Shown: positions 45,677-54,700 of the stretch, piece by piece | Layout: the number at the start of each line of letters is the position of its first letter | Position numbering within the stretch: the stretch's first letter is position 1 | NCBI GenBank assembly: GCA_018432615.1 | Contig: JAHDSQ010000004.1 | Location: 105,234-169,233 of the forward strand | Reading direction: 5' to 3' | DNA: 64,000 bases | From: Clostridia bacterium | GTDB taxonomy: Bacteria; Bacillota; Peptococcia; DRI-13; SM3-B62 | Translations under genes and position numbers: made by a program | The notes under the pieces: generated by a model | What the model was told of the DNA's origin: nothing | What the model saw: the letters and a program-made list of their open reading frames with translations, nothing else | Databases searched by the model: none

Positions 45677-45847
45677 ATGTTGTTGATGGCTAAAAGGCTT
45701 ATCTTTGAAGAAGAAGGACAGGGGATGGCTGAGTACGGACTGATTCTGGCTCTTGTGGCCCTGGTGGTTGCCGTTGCTTTAACAGCGCTTTCCGGAGGCT
45801 TGGGAACGCTTTTCGGAAGGGTAAATGACGCGCTGCAAAATCCTTAA
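45677..45847 (+). CDS. flp: Flp-family type IVb pilin (56 aa)
   Basis: Not in the ORF track. Translation is MLLMAKRLIFEEEGQGMAEYGLILALVALVVAVALTALSGGLGTLFGRVNDALQNP. It has the Flp processing motif G/xxxxEY followed by a hydrophobic helix. RBS gaaagggg. Confidence 0.8.
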   Translation: MLLMAKRLIFEEEGQGMAEYGLILALVALVVAVALTALSGGLGTLFGRVNDALQNP

Positions 45848-45967
45848 GGCCTAAGCAGGTGGGTACCATATTCAAACGGCTCTGCTCGAGGGTGGTATTG
45901 TGTCTTTGAGCAGGGTCGCTTTTTCCCTGAGCTGGGCGGGAATTGGTGCGGGAAGGAGCCTTGCGTG

Positions 45968-46474
45968 ATGGATGGGGTTTTATGGGGATTGCTGATTATT
46001 TCCGGATATACGGATTGGAGATATCGGAAGATTTATAATAAAGTGCTTTTGCCGGCAGCTTTGGCTGCTTTTGCTTATCATTTCGCGACAGCGGGATGGC
46101 AAGGATTAATATACAGTGTTCAGGGTTTGTCCGTTGGGCTGGTTTTGCTATTGATCCCCTTTTTATGGGGAGGGATAGGTGCCGGAGATGTTAAACTGCT
46201 GGCAGTCATCGGTGCCTTGAAGGGAGCAGGTTTTGCCTGTTGGACTTTCCTGGCAGGTGCGATAACAGGCGGTATGATGGCAGCTTTTTTCCTGCTGTCT
46301 AACAAGAGGTTTTACTCAACTTTATCTTGTCTGCACCGGGGGATTCAAACTACGGTGTTATCCGGCTTTAGGGAGTTTGACGGTTTAAGGTATCAAAAGG
46401 ACGAGGAAAGTATTTGTATACCTTACGGAATAGCGTTGGCGGTTGGTGCTGCTGCGGCATTTTGGATGGTTTGA
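45968..46474 (+). CDS. cpaA: Prepilin peptidase, CpaA/TadV (A24) family
   Basis: SGYTDWRYRKIYNKVLL (first Asp) and GGIGAGDVKLLAVIGA (second Asp motif). Confidence 0.8.
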   Translation: MDGVLWGLLIISGYTDWRYRKIYNKVLLPAALAAFAYHFATAGWQGLIYSVQGLSVGLVLLLIPFLWGGIGAGDVKLLAVIGALKGAGFACWTFLAGAITGGMMAAFFLLSNKRFYSTLSCLHRGIQTTVLSGFREFDGLRYQKDEESICIPYGIALAVGAAAAFWMV

Positions 46475-46475
46475 A

Positions 46476-46877
46476 ATGAGTGGGGCGAGGGGCATGATTA
46501 AGAATAAAAAAGGACAAGCCCTGGTGGAGTTAGCCTTGATGCTGCCGTTACTGCTTCTTTTGTTGTTTGGCATTATAGAGTTCGGGCGGGTTTTCGGAAC
46601 AGAGCTTATGATTACCCACTGTGCCCGGGAGGGGGCGCGCTACGGTGCGGTAGGAGCAGATGACAGTGAAATCGTGAGCAGAGTTAAGACTGCGGGTGTT
46701 GTACTGGATGAGAATTTGTTCACTGTTGTGATCGATCCGGCGGAAGGCACCAGGGCCCGCGGTGGTGAAATTGGGGTTTCGGTAAGATATCCGCTGACAA
46801 TCGTAGCTCCTTTTATTTCGGTAATAACAGGGGAAACGGTCACTATAGAATCCTCTTGCGTGATGCGGGTGGAATGA
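46476..46877 (+). CDS. TadE-family pseudopilin/pilus assembly protein
   Basis: KKGQALVELALMLPLLLLLLFGIIEFGRVF is the TadE N-terminal motif. An alternative start is at 46494. Confidence 0.7.
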   Translation: MSGARGMIKNKKGQALVELALMLPLLLLLLFGIIEFGRVFGTELMITHCAREGARYGAVGADDSEIVSRVKTAGVVLDENLFTVVIDPAEGTRARGGEIGVSVRYPLTIVAPFISVITGETVTIESSCVMRVE

Positions 46878-46890
46878 GGAGGGCGAAGGG

Positions 46891-47811
46891 ATGAAAAACC
46901 TGAGGGAGTCGCAAAAAGGATCTGCTCTGATTATGGTTGCTTTGGCTATGACTGTGTTGGTGGGGATGGTTTCTTTGGTGACAGACGCAGGGTTGCTGTA
47001 TCTGGGGAACCAGCAGCTTTCAAACGCTTTGGATGCGGCGGTCCTTGCCGGGGCCCAGGTGTTGCCCCAGGACCCTCAGGGGGCTGTTGTCCTTGCCAAG
47101 GAGTACGCCGAGAAAAACGGTTTGCAGCAAGATGAAGTACAGGTGACGATAACGAATGGTAACAAAGTCATAAGTGTCAGCGGGAATAAGCAGGTCAATT
47201 ATTTTTTCGCCCGGATATTCGGATATGATAGGGCGGAATTAGATAAAACGGCGGAAGCAGGGATAGGAAGTCTGGCGGAATATACGGGAATCGTTCCGTT
47301 GAGTATAGACGAACGTGAGCTATACTATGGCGAGGAATATGTTTTGAAATACGGTGCCGGAGAGGATCCAGAGGGAATCTGGCATTCCGGGTGGTTCGGG
47401 ACATTGGCCCTTGGCGGCGGCGGGGCTGATATCTACCGGGAGAATCTTTACTCCGGGTACCTGGAAAACGTAAAGGTCGGAGACGTGCTGGAGCTTGAAA
47501 CGGGCAATATGTCGAACCCGACTACGGAGGGTGTGGAATACAGAATGGCGGAATGCCGGCATACGCCGCAATGCACCTTCGATAATTATCAACCGGGTTG
47601 CGACCGGATCATGATCGTGCCTGTTATCAAACCCTATGGTCATAAAACGGTAGAAGTGACAGGGTTTGCCGCCTTCTTTTTGGAAGGCGTCGGCGGGCAG
47701 GGAAACGAGAACTACATTTACGGCAGGTTTATACGGTTTCATGTGCCGGGAGAGTTTTCAACCGGCCAGAGCGGGGATTATGGGGTATACGGAGTATATT
47801 TGCGGGGCTGA
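46891..47811 (+). CDS. TadG-like (Tad_N) pilus assembly protein
   Basis: QKGSALIMVALAMTVLVGMVSLVTDAGLLYLGNQQLSNALDAAVLAGAQ. Confidence 0.65.
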   Translation: MKNLRESQKGSALIMVALAMTVLVGMVSLVTDAGLLYLGNQQLSNALDAAVLAGAQVLPQDPQGAVVLAKEYAEKNGLQQDEVQVTITNGNKVISVSGNKQVNYFFARIFGYDRAELDKTAEAGIGSLAEYTGIVPLSIDERELYYGEEYVLKYGAGEDPEGIWHSGWFGTLALGGGGADIYRENLYSGYLENVKVGDVLELETGNMSNPTTEGVEYRMAECRHTPQCTFDNYQPGCDRIMIVPVIKPYGHKTVEVTGFAAFFLEGVGGQGNENYIYGRFIRFHVPGEFSTGQSGDYGVYGVYLRG

Positions 47812-47851
47812 AGAATTTGGCGGAAATGTAAAATGTTCGGAGGTAGTGGCC

Positions 47852-48571
47852 TTGAGAAATAAAGGAATCATCATTTCAGCCGTACTTTTTGGTGTGCTGA
47901 CAACATATTTTGCCTATGATTACCTAATCGGGGTCGAGAGGAAGCTGACGGATGACCGCTATGGGCAGGTTGTTGTTACGGCAGCGGACATCTCTCCTCA
48001 CACGGTATTGACCGCGGGAATGCTGGAGGTAAAAAAACTCCCGGAGGAATACATCCATCCGTTGGCGGTTAAAGAGCTTGAGGACGGGGTGGGGAGAGCT
48101 GCGACGGCGGAGATGGTAAAGGGAGAGCAACTGCTGACGGTAAAAACGGCAAAACAGGGCGATGTCAAGGAAGGGCTGGCTTATGTGGTGCCTGAAGGCA
48201 AACGCGCCTTGACCCTGCCTGTTGATGAGGTCAGCGGTATTGCAGGATTGATTAAGCCCGGAGACCACATTGATGTGGTTGCCGTGGTTAACGTTCACGA
48301 CAGAGAGACGCAGAAGGAGATTCCTTATGGGGTAGTTTTACTGCAGAATTTGCAGGTCCTGGCGATAGATAAGGAATTAGAAAACAAGGATAAGATACGG
48401 GAGGAAGGGTACACCACCGTGACGGTTGCTGTAGAGGTTAAGGATGCCCTGCCTTTGGTTTTGGCAGGGCAAAAGGGAACAGTTCGCTTAATCCTGCGTT
48501 CGCCCTTTGATAAGGGAACTACGAAGACGATGCCCTTTGAGGCTGCAGATTTCCTAAAGGCGGGGGGTTAA
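47852..48571 (+). CDS. cpaB: Flp pilus assembly protein CpaB (SAF + RcpC domains)
   Basis: TTG start 8 nt after ggagg; TM IIISAVLFGVLTTYFAY; VVVTAADISPHTVLTAGML SAF-like; GKRALTLPVDEVSGIAGLIKPGDHIDVV. Confidence 0.75.
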   Translation: MRNKGIIISAVLFGVLTTYFAYDYLIGVERKLTDDRYGQVVVTAADISPHTVLTAGMLEVKKLPEEYIHPLAVKELEDGVGRAATAEMVKGEQLLTVKTAKQGDVKEGLAYVVPEGKRALTLPVDEVSGIAGLIKPGDHIDVVAVVNVHDRETQKEIPYGVVLLQNLQVLAIDKELENKDKIREEGYTTVTVAVEVKDALPLVLAGQKGTVRLILRSPFDKGTTKTMPFEAADFLKAGG

Positions 48572-48574
48572 GAA

Positions 48575-49789
48575 ATGGAAAAGATTCGCGTATTGCTGGT
48601 AGATGATGTAGAAAGTACAAGGAAGAATATGCGCAGGATGCTTTCCTTCGCTAAAGAAATAAAAGTCGTGGGAGAAGCAGCCGACGGCCTGGAAGCCGTG
48701 GAAAAGGTCCAGGAAATGAAGCCGGATGTGGTGCTGATGGATATTAATATGCCGCGAATGGACGGGATAGCGGCTACGGAAAGGATTAGCGCTTACCACC
48801 CGGAGTGTGCCATCGTGATAGTCAGCGTTCAAGGGGAGAGCGAATACCTGCGGCGGGCGATGCTGGCCGGAGCCAGGGAATACCTGACCAAACCCTTTGA
48901 GATGGACGATATGTTGAATACCATCCGGGGGGTGCACGAGCGCGGAGTTAAGCAACGGGAAAGGCAAAACGGTTCTCAGGGGGAAAAGCCTAAACCGGAG
49001 GTCATCACTGTTTTCGGGACCAAGGGAGGGGCAGGCAAAACTACATTGGCCGTAAATTTAGCCGTATTGTTGGCCAAAAGGAATAAAAGAGTGGCCCTGG
49101 TGGATTTGGACCTGCAGTTTGGAGATGTTTCCACCTTCTTAAACCTGATGCCCCAGCGGACCATCTCTGAGCTTGTCCAGGAAGGAGGCGAGCCGGACGA
49201 AGAGCTCTTGAACACTTATTTGATGCCCCATATTTCGGGCATCAAGGTTCTGCCCGCACCGGGACGGCCTGAATACGCGGAGTTGGTGATGTCCCGGCAT
49301 GTCGAGGAAATCATCAGCTTATTAAAAGAGACTCATGACTATGTGATAATCGACACACCTCCTTCATTCAACGAAACGAACCTGACGGCCATTGATTTGT
49401 CGACACAGATTTTACTGGTAATGTCGATGGATTTGGCCACGCTCAAAAACGTTAAATTGAGCCTGGAGCTTCTCGAATCACTGCATCAAAAGGGGAAAAC
49501 AAAGCTCATACTCAACCGTGCCTCCGAGGAGATGGGGATTAGGGTTGCCGATGCCGAAGAAGCCTTGAATTTTTTGATAGCGGCTCGTATCCCCAGTGAC
49601 GGCAGGCTGGTGGTTGCGGCTTTGAATAAGGGGATACCCTTTGCCATGTCACACTCGGCGGCGAAGGTTACTCTTGCCATCAAGAGTGTTAGCGAAATGG
49701 TCATTCAGGATAAGGGGTACCAGCAAGACTTGAAAGAGGGTAGAAAGTCTCTGCGGCTCGGACGTGTGCTGAAGAGAGTCATCAAGTGA
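48575..49789 (+). CDS. cpaE: Response-regulator receiver domain fused to a CpaE/TadZ-type ParA/MinD ATPase
   Basis: IRVLLVDDVESTR...DVVLMDINMPRMDG...KPF receiver, then VITVFGTKGGAGKTTLAVNLA deviant Walker A. Confidence 0.8.
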   Translation: MEKIRVLLVDDVESTRKNMRRMLSFAKEIKVVGEAADGLEAVEKVQEMKPDVVLMDINMPRMDGIAATERISAYHPECAIVIVSVQGESEYLRRAMLAGAREYLTKPFEMDDMLNTIRGVHERGVKQRERQNGSQGEKPKPEVITVFGTKGGAGKTTLAVNLAVLLAKRNKRVALVDLDLQFGDVSTFLNLMPQRTISELVQEGGEPDEELLNTYLMPHISGIKVLPAPGRPEYAELVMSRHVEEIISLLKETHDYVIIDTPPSFNETNLTAIDLSTQILLVMSMDLATLKNVKLSLELLESLHQKGKTKLILNRASEEMGIRVADAEEALNFLIAARIPSDGRLVVAALNKGIPFAMSHSAAKVTLAIKSVSEMVIQDKGYQQDLKEGRKSLRLGRVLKRVIK

Positions 49790-49829
49790 CACAAAGAGAG
49801 AGTATAAAAGTTGATGGGGGAATTGAAGG

Positions 49830-51194
49830 ATGTCGCTGCTGAAACGTCTGGAAAAAGAGAAGGGCTTGCAAGAAAAAGAAAAAACCAAGGGACAAAAGAA
49901 ACCGCAAAATACGGTCGATCCATACGACGACCTCAAGGTGCGGATACATAAGGAGGCCATCGAGAAGCTGGAGGACGAGGCTAAAGGGAGAAAGAATCAA
50001 CCTGCCTCGAACCTTGCCGGTAAGGAATTGGCCGCCAGGGTAGAAGATTTGGTAAATGAGATTGTCGACAGGGATGCGGCCAGCTTGCCAAGGGCGGATC
50101 GGCATAAAATAACGCTGGAGATAATGGATGAGGTTTTGGGCTTCGGACCAATCGAACCATATATCAGGGACGAGGAAGTATCGGAAATAATGGTGAACGG
50201 GCCCAAACAGATTTTTGTGGAGAGAAAAGGTAAGCTGACAAGGGTGTCCGGCGCTTTTCGGGATAACGAGCATGTCATCAGAATCATCGATAAGATCGTT
50301 TCCCCTTTGGGCCGCAGGATAGATGAGGCCATGCCCATGGTCGATGCCCGGCTACCGGACGGTTCCAGGGTCAATGCTGTGATTCCCCCTATTTCGCTGG
50401 TGGGGCCGGTCATCACCATCCGTAAATTTTCCCGTGACCCTTTGACCATGAAAGACCTGGTCGGCTTCGGTACGCTTTCTCAGAAAATGGCCCTTTTTCT
50501 CGAGGCTTGTGTGCGGGGGCGTTTGAATATTATCATTTCCGGAGGTACCGGCAGTGGTAAAACCAGCACTCTGAACGTCCTTTCCTCCTTTATACCTGAG
50601 GAAGAGCGGATAGTGACGATTGAAGATGCCGCTGAGCTGCAGCTACACCAGGAGCATGTGATAACCATGGAGAGTCGTCCTCCTAATATTGAGGGCAAGG
50701 GAGCTGTGAGTATCAGAGATTTGGTCCGCAATGCCTTAAGGATGAGGCCGGAAAGGATTATCGTGGGGGAGGTTCGTTCCGGTGAAGCCCTAGACATGCT
50801 TCAAGCGATGAACACCGGGCACGATGGTTCGCTGACTACCGGACATGCTAACTCGCCGCGGGATATGCTGGCTCGCCTGGAAACCATGGTTTTAATGGCA
50901 GGAATGGAGCTCCCGATCCGGGCTATCAGAGAGCAGATGGCCTCCGCTTTTGATATGATCGTGCAACAGGCCCGGCTGCAGGATGGTTCCCGCAAGATAA
51001 CGCACATCTCGGAGGTAGTGGGGATGGAAGGGGACATCGTCACCCTGCAGGATATATTCCGCTACGAAAGTGCGGGGATGGATGACAGAAACAGGCTTAA
51101 AGGGAAATACCGTGTGACGGGGGTCAGGCCGCGGTTTTTAGAGAAGCTGAAAGCAGCCGGTGTGATTCTTGCGGACGATTTGTTCCTGGAGTAA
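49830..51194 (+). CDS. cpaF: CpaF/TadA secretion ATPase
   Basis: NIIISGGTGSGKTSTLN (Walker A), RIVTIEDAAEL, RMRPERIIVGEVRSGEALDMLQAMNTGHDGSLTTGHAN. Confidence 0.9.
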   Translation: MSLLKRLEKEKGLQEKEKTKGQKKPQNTVDPYDDLKVRIHKEAIEKLEDEAKGRKNQPASNLAGKELAARVEDLVNEIVDRDAASLPRADRHKITLEIMDEVLGFGPIEPYIRDEEVSEIMVNGPKQIFVERKGKLTRVSGAFRDNEHVIRIIDKIVSPLGRRIDEAMPMVDARLPDGSRVNAVIPPISLVGPVITIRKFSRDPLTMKDLVGFGTLSQKMALFLEACVRGRLNIIISGGTGSGKTSTLNVLSSFIPEEERIVTIEDAAELQLHQEHVITMESRPPNIEGKGAVSIRDLVRNALRMRPERIIVGEVRSGEALDMLQAMNTGHDGSLTTGHANSPRDMLARLETMVLMAGMELPIRAIREQMASAFDMIVQQARLQDGSRKITHISEVVGMEGDIVTLQDIFRYESAGMDDRNRLKGKYRVTGVRPRFLEKLKAAGVILADDLFLE

Positions 51195-51225
51195 ACTGGA
51201 GTAATCCGGAATAACCTGTGATGAT

Positions 51226-52218
51226 GTGGGGTGGAGAATGATGACGGTTGTCCTTATATGCCTCTTTCTTTTTCTTACAGTTTTTTGTTCCTTGCTGGCC
51301 TTGGGAAGATGGTTTTTTCGGGACGAAAGACAGATTTACATGCGGCTGTTCGGCCAGGTAAAGGGCGGAAAAGGGGGAAAAATAAACGCAAGTGAGAGGG
51401 AAGGCTCCGCTTCGGGGCCGGACTTAAAACGGTTCTTGCGTAATGTGAGTGGTATCTTTGCCCCCCAGGGCCTGACAAAAAGGCTGGAAAAAGAACTGCT
51501 CAAGGCGGATATCCCCCTGCGAGGTGAAGAGTATTTGACCCTCAGAGTTCTTGCCGTTCTCGTTCCCGGAGCCGTGATACTGGTTGTAGCACGGCAAGTC
51601 ATTCTTAGTCTGGTTGTGTGTGCCGCGGGTTTTTTTCTCCCCGGTTTGCTGGTTAGTATTGCACAACGCAAAAAACTAGCGAAATTCGATCACCAATTGG
51701 TGGACAGTCTTTCGATAATTGCTAATGCCCTGCGGGCGGGATATAGCTTTTTGCAGTCTGTGGAGCTTGTCAGCCGTGAAATGCCCGACCCTATCGGCGG
51801 TGAATTTGCCAAAACCTTTCGGGAGATAAGCCTGGGGACCTCGACGGAGGAATCTTTACAGAATTTGGCGGCGAGGGTAGGCAGCGATGATCTGGAGCTG
51901 GTTGTTACGGCGGTGCTTATTCAGCGCCAGACCGGGGGGAACTTAGCCGAGATTTTGGAGAGTATCTCCCTGACCATCAGGGAACGGGTGAGAATTCAGG
52001 GTGAAGTGAAGACACTGACGGCCCAGGGCAGGATTTCCGGACTGGTCATCGGCTTAATACCGCCGGGTCTGGTGCTTTTGATTTCGCTGATAAATCCGGT
52101 ATACATGAAACCCCTGCTGTCGACACCTGTCGGTTGGGCTTTGCTGGCAGGGGGAGCCGTCAGCGAACTTTTGGGTGTCTTGATTATCAGGCGGATAATT
52201 GCTATTGACTATATTTGA
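51226..52218 (+). CDS. tadB: TadB (type II secretion system F-domain) membrane protein
   Basis: LRAGYSFLQSVELVSREMPDPIGGEF has the T2SSF pattern and TM topology. The start is uncertain (ATG at 51238/51241). Confidence 0.8.
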   Translation: MGWRMMTVVLICLFLFLTVFCSLLALGRWFFRDERQIYMRLFGQVKGGKGGKINASEREGSASGPDLKRFLRNVSGIFAPQGLTKRLEKELLKADIPLRGEEYLTLRVLAVLVPGAVILVVARQVILSLVVCAAGFFLPGLLVSIAQRKKLAKFDHQLVDSLSIIANALRAGYSFLQSVELVSREMPDPIGGEFAKTFREISLGTSTEESLQNLAARVGSDDLELVVTAVLIQRQTGGNLAEILESISLTIRERVRIQGEVKTLTAQGRISGLVIGLIPPGLVLLISLINPVYMKPLLSTPVGWALLAGGAVSELLGVLIIRRIIAIDYI

Positions 52219-52254
52219 CAATTAACTTATCGATCGTCTGGGAGGGAACTGTTA

Positions 52255-53181
52255 ATGAAAGGGTTTCTCGTATCCGTGTTTTTTTTCTCCGCATTACTGG
52301 CCTTTTGGTTGCTGAGGCGGTTCTTTGGGGAGAGGCTTGTCATTATCGGAAGGCTAAAGAACGCCGCTTTTGACAGAGCGTCCTCCAAAAGACAAGAGGA
52401 AGACTTGTTGAGCAAGCCTTTTTCGGAACGTGTGATTCGTCCGGTGCTGGCCCGGTTGTCGGGGGCAACCTCGCGCCTTTTACCGGCCAAAAGCTTTGAG
52501 AAGCTGGAACGGGCTTTACAGTACGCCGGGAACCCCGGAAATTTGAGCCCTCAGGAATTTCAGGCCATACAATACTTTCTGGCGGGAGCTTTGGCCTTAG
52601 TCTTTTTGGTTGTAGCAGTGTTCGGACATCAAGGAATGATGACGGGAGTTTTTCTGTGCCTGGCCGGAGGAGGAGCGGGCCTTTTAGGTACTAAATATTA
52701 CCTGGCGAAAAAAGCAGGTGTCAGACAGCGTTCGATTCGCCGGGGTCTGCCTGATTTGCTTGATTTATTGAGTGTCAGCCTTGAAGCCGGGTTAGGCTTT
52801 GATGCCGCTCTGTTCAAAGTTGTTGAGAAATCTAAGGGTGAGCTGGCAGATGAGTTGAGGAAAACATTGCAGGAAATGCAGATGGGGGTTTCAAGGCGGC
52901 AGGCTCTGCGAGGGCTGGGGGAACGTACAGGCGTGGAAGAGCTGCAGGCCTTTGTCGGGGCCATGATTCAGGCCGACCAGCTCGGCGTGCCGGTGAGCAA
53001 GGTTATTCGTATCCAAGCGGAGCAGGTCCGTCTGAAACGGCGGCAGTTGGTTGAGGAAAAGGCCATGAAAGCCCCGGTGAAAATGCTGTTTCCCTTGGTT
53101 TTTTTCATTTTCCCCAGTATCTTCATCGTCCTGCTGGGCCCTGCCGCAATGCAGCTCGTTAAAACACTGGGGGGAAACTGA
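52255..53181 (+). CDS. tadC: TadC (type II secretion system F-domain) membrane protein
   Basis: [22 protein letters not shown]...[38 protein letters not shown]. Confidence 0.8.
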   Translation: [308 protein letters not shown]

Positions 53182-53183
53182 CG

Positions 53184-53528
53184 GTGATGACGTTGAAATG
53201 CTTTTGCCAAGGGGAATTGGTAGCAGGGAAGGTTATATGTGCAGACGGATTTTTTCCTCGTTTGGCAGGCTTATTAGGCAAAAAGAAGCTTCTTCCCGGC
53301 GAAGGGATATGGCTGAAGCCCTGTCGACAGGTGCATACGATGTTCATGTCTTTTCCGATAGATGTCATTTTTTTGGATGAGAAAGGCAGGGTAATAGGCC
53401 TGGTCGAAAACATGAAGCCTTGGAAAATAAGCCGTTATTTTTCTAAGAGCGTTGGCGTTTTGGAGATTGCGGCCGGACGTGCGGCAGAGTGCCGGATCAG
53501 AGAAGGAGAAATACTTGAACTGCGGTAA
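53184..53528 (+). CDS. DUF192 domain protein
   Basis: ADGFFPRLAGLLGKK.L..GEGIWLKPCRQVHTMFMSFPIDVIFLDEKGRVI....MKPW matches the DUF192 pattern. Confidence 0.7.
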   Translation: MMTLKCFCQGELVAGKVICADGFFPRLAGLLGKKKLLPGEGIWLKPCRQVHTMFMSFPIDVIFLDEKGRVIGLVENMKPWKISRYFSKSVGVLEIAAGRAAECRIREGEILELR

Positions 53529-53646
53529 GACAAAAAATCGCGGCAAAACACAAAAATCCGCTACAAAATTTACAATATAAGTTTATAATACTAAATGATG
53601 GCAATACTACTAACAACAACTAAAAATCAATAAGGAGGAAAAAACA

Positions 53647-54390
53647 GTGGAAATGCAGTTGTTGTTAGAAAAAACCAGGGTCCTGCACCAGTTGTTGCAG
53701 AAATCAGCCGCACAGGCCCTTGACTACCCTGCGGTAGCGGAAGAATTGTCGGGCATGCTTGAATCAAATGTTTATATTGTCGGCAAGAAAGGAAAGCTTT
53801 TGGGTAAGGGAGAGGTGAGCTCGCTACATGGCGGCCTATTCCCATACTCCGAACTGGAAAAAGGGGAGTTTTCGGAGGAGACCCAGCAGTGGTTATTTGG
53901 CTTTATCCACACAGAGGTCAATCTCGTCCCCCTGGAGAGTGATTTTTGCACGATTCTCGCTCCGGTCTTCGGAAGCGGGGAAAGGATGGGGACGGTGGTT
54001 TATGCCAGAGAAAACCGTGCTTATACCCCGGCGGAGACCATTTTAGCCGAGTATGGCGCCAGCGTTGTCGGGATGCAGATCTTGAAAAATGCCAGTCAAA
54101 AGCTGGAGAACGACGCCCGCAAGAAAACAGTTGTACAGTTGGCCTTGGAGGTGCTGTCCTATTCCGAACTGGAGGCGGTTAAATACATCTTCAGCGAAAT
54201 CGAAGGAAGCGAAGGCTTCCTTGTAGCCAGCAAGCTGGCCGAGGAGTACAAGCTGACCCGTTCCGTAATCGTCAATGCTCTGCGCAAGCTAGAGAGCGCA
54301 GGTGTTATAGATGCCCGCTCCCTGGGAATGAAGGGCACCTATATCAAGATTTTGAACGATTACCTCTATGAGCAGTTGGCTCAAATCTAG
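53647..54390 (+). CDS. codY: GTP/BCAA-sensing global regulator CodY
   Basis: LLEKTRVLHQLLQK at the N-terminus, a GAF-like core, and a C-terminal wHTH ELEAVKYIFSEIEGSEGFLVASKLAEEYKLTRSVIVNALRKLESAGVIDARSLGMKGTYIKILN. Confidence 0.9.
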   Translation: MEMQLLLEKTRVLHQLLQKSAAQALDYPAVAEELSGMLESNVYIVGKKGKLLGKGEVSSLHGGLFPYSELEKGEFSEETQQWLFGFIHTEVNLVPLESDFCTILAPVFGSGERMGTVVYARENRAYTPAETILAEYGASVVGMQILKNASQKLENDARKKTVVQLALEVLSYSELEAVKYIFSEIEGSEGFLVASKLAEEYKLTRSVIVNALRKLESAGVIDARSLGMKGTYIKILNDYLYEQLAQI

Positions 54391-54525
54391 TGTTCTTTTC
54401 CCGCCTGAAGTCTGTAAAGTGAAAGCGGGAAAAATGTAACGCAGAAACAGAGGAAATAAGTAGAATCAAAAGATATATGGAAGAAGGCGAGACACACGCC
54501 CTTGGGCGGAAGTCTCGCCTTCTGC
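54310..54525 (+). repeat. Repeat copy A: authentic codY 3' end + downstream region with a 12-bp-stem hairpin
   Basis: Direct repeat of 56660-56794 and 57615-57825. Hairpin agaaggcgagac/gtctcgccttct at 54482-54523 has no clear U-tract. Confidence 0.85.
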
Positions 54526-54604
54526 ATATCTCTACGCTAAGGATTGTGGGTTTTGGTTGATAGTACAAATGCAATAAGTTATTTAGTAGCGCACTCACTC
54601 TTTA

Positions 54605-54653
54605 ATAAGTAAACATCTAAATGAGAAATTTTCTCATTTAGATGTTTACTTAT
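54605..54653. repeat. 49-nt perfect palindrome immediately upstream of the AAA-ATPase promoter
   Basis: ataagtaaacatctaaatgagaaa-t-tttctcatttagatgtttacttat, followed by a -10-like tataat at 54667. Confidence 0.85.
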
Positions 54654-54700
54654 CCTGAATTCCGAGTATAATATATAGTGAACCGAGGGGAGTGTTAAAG

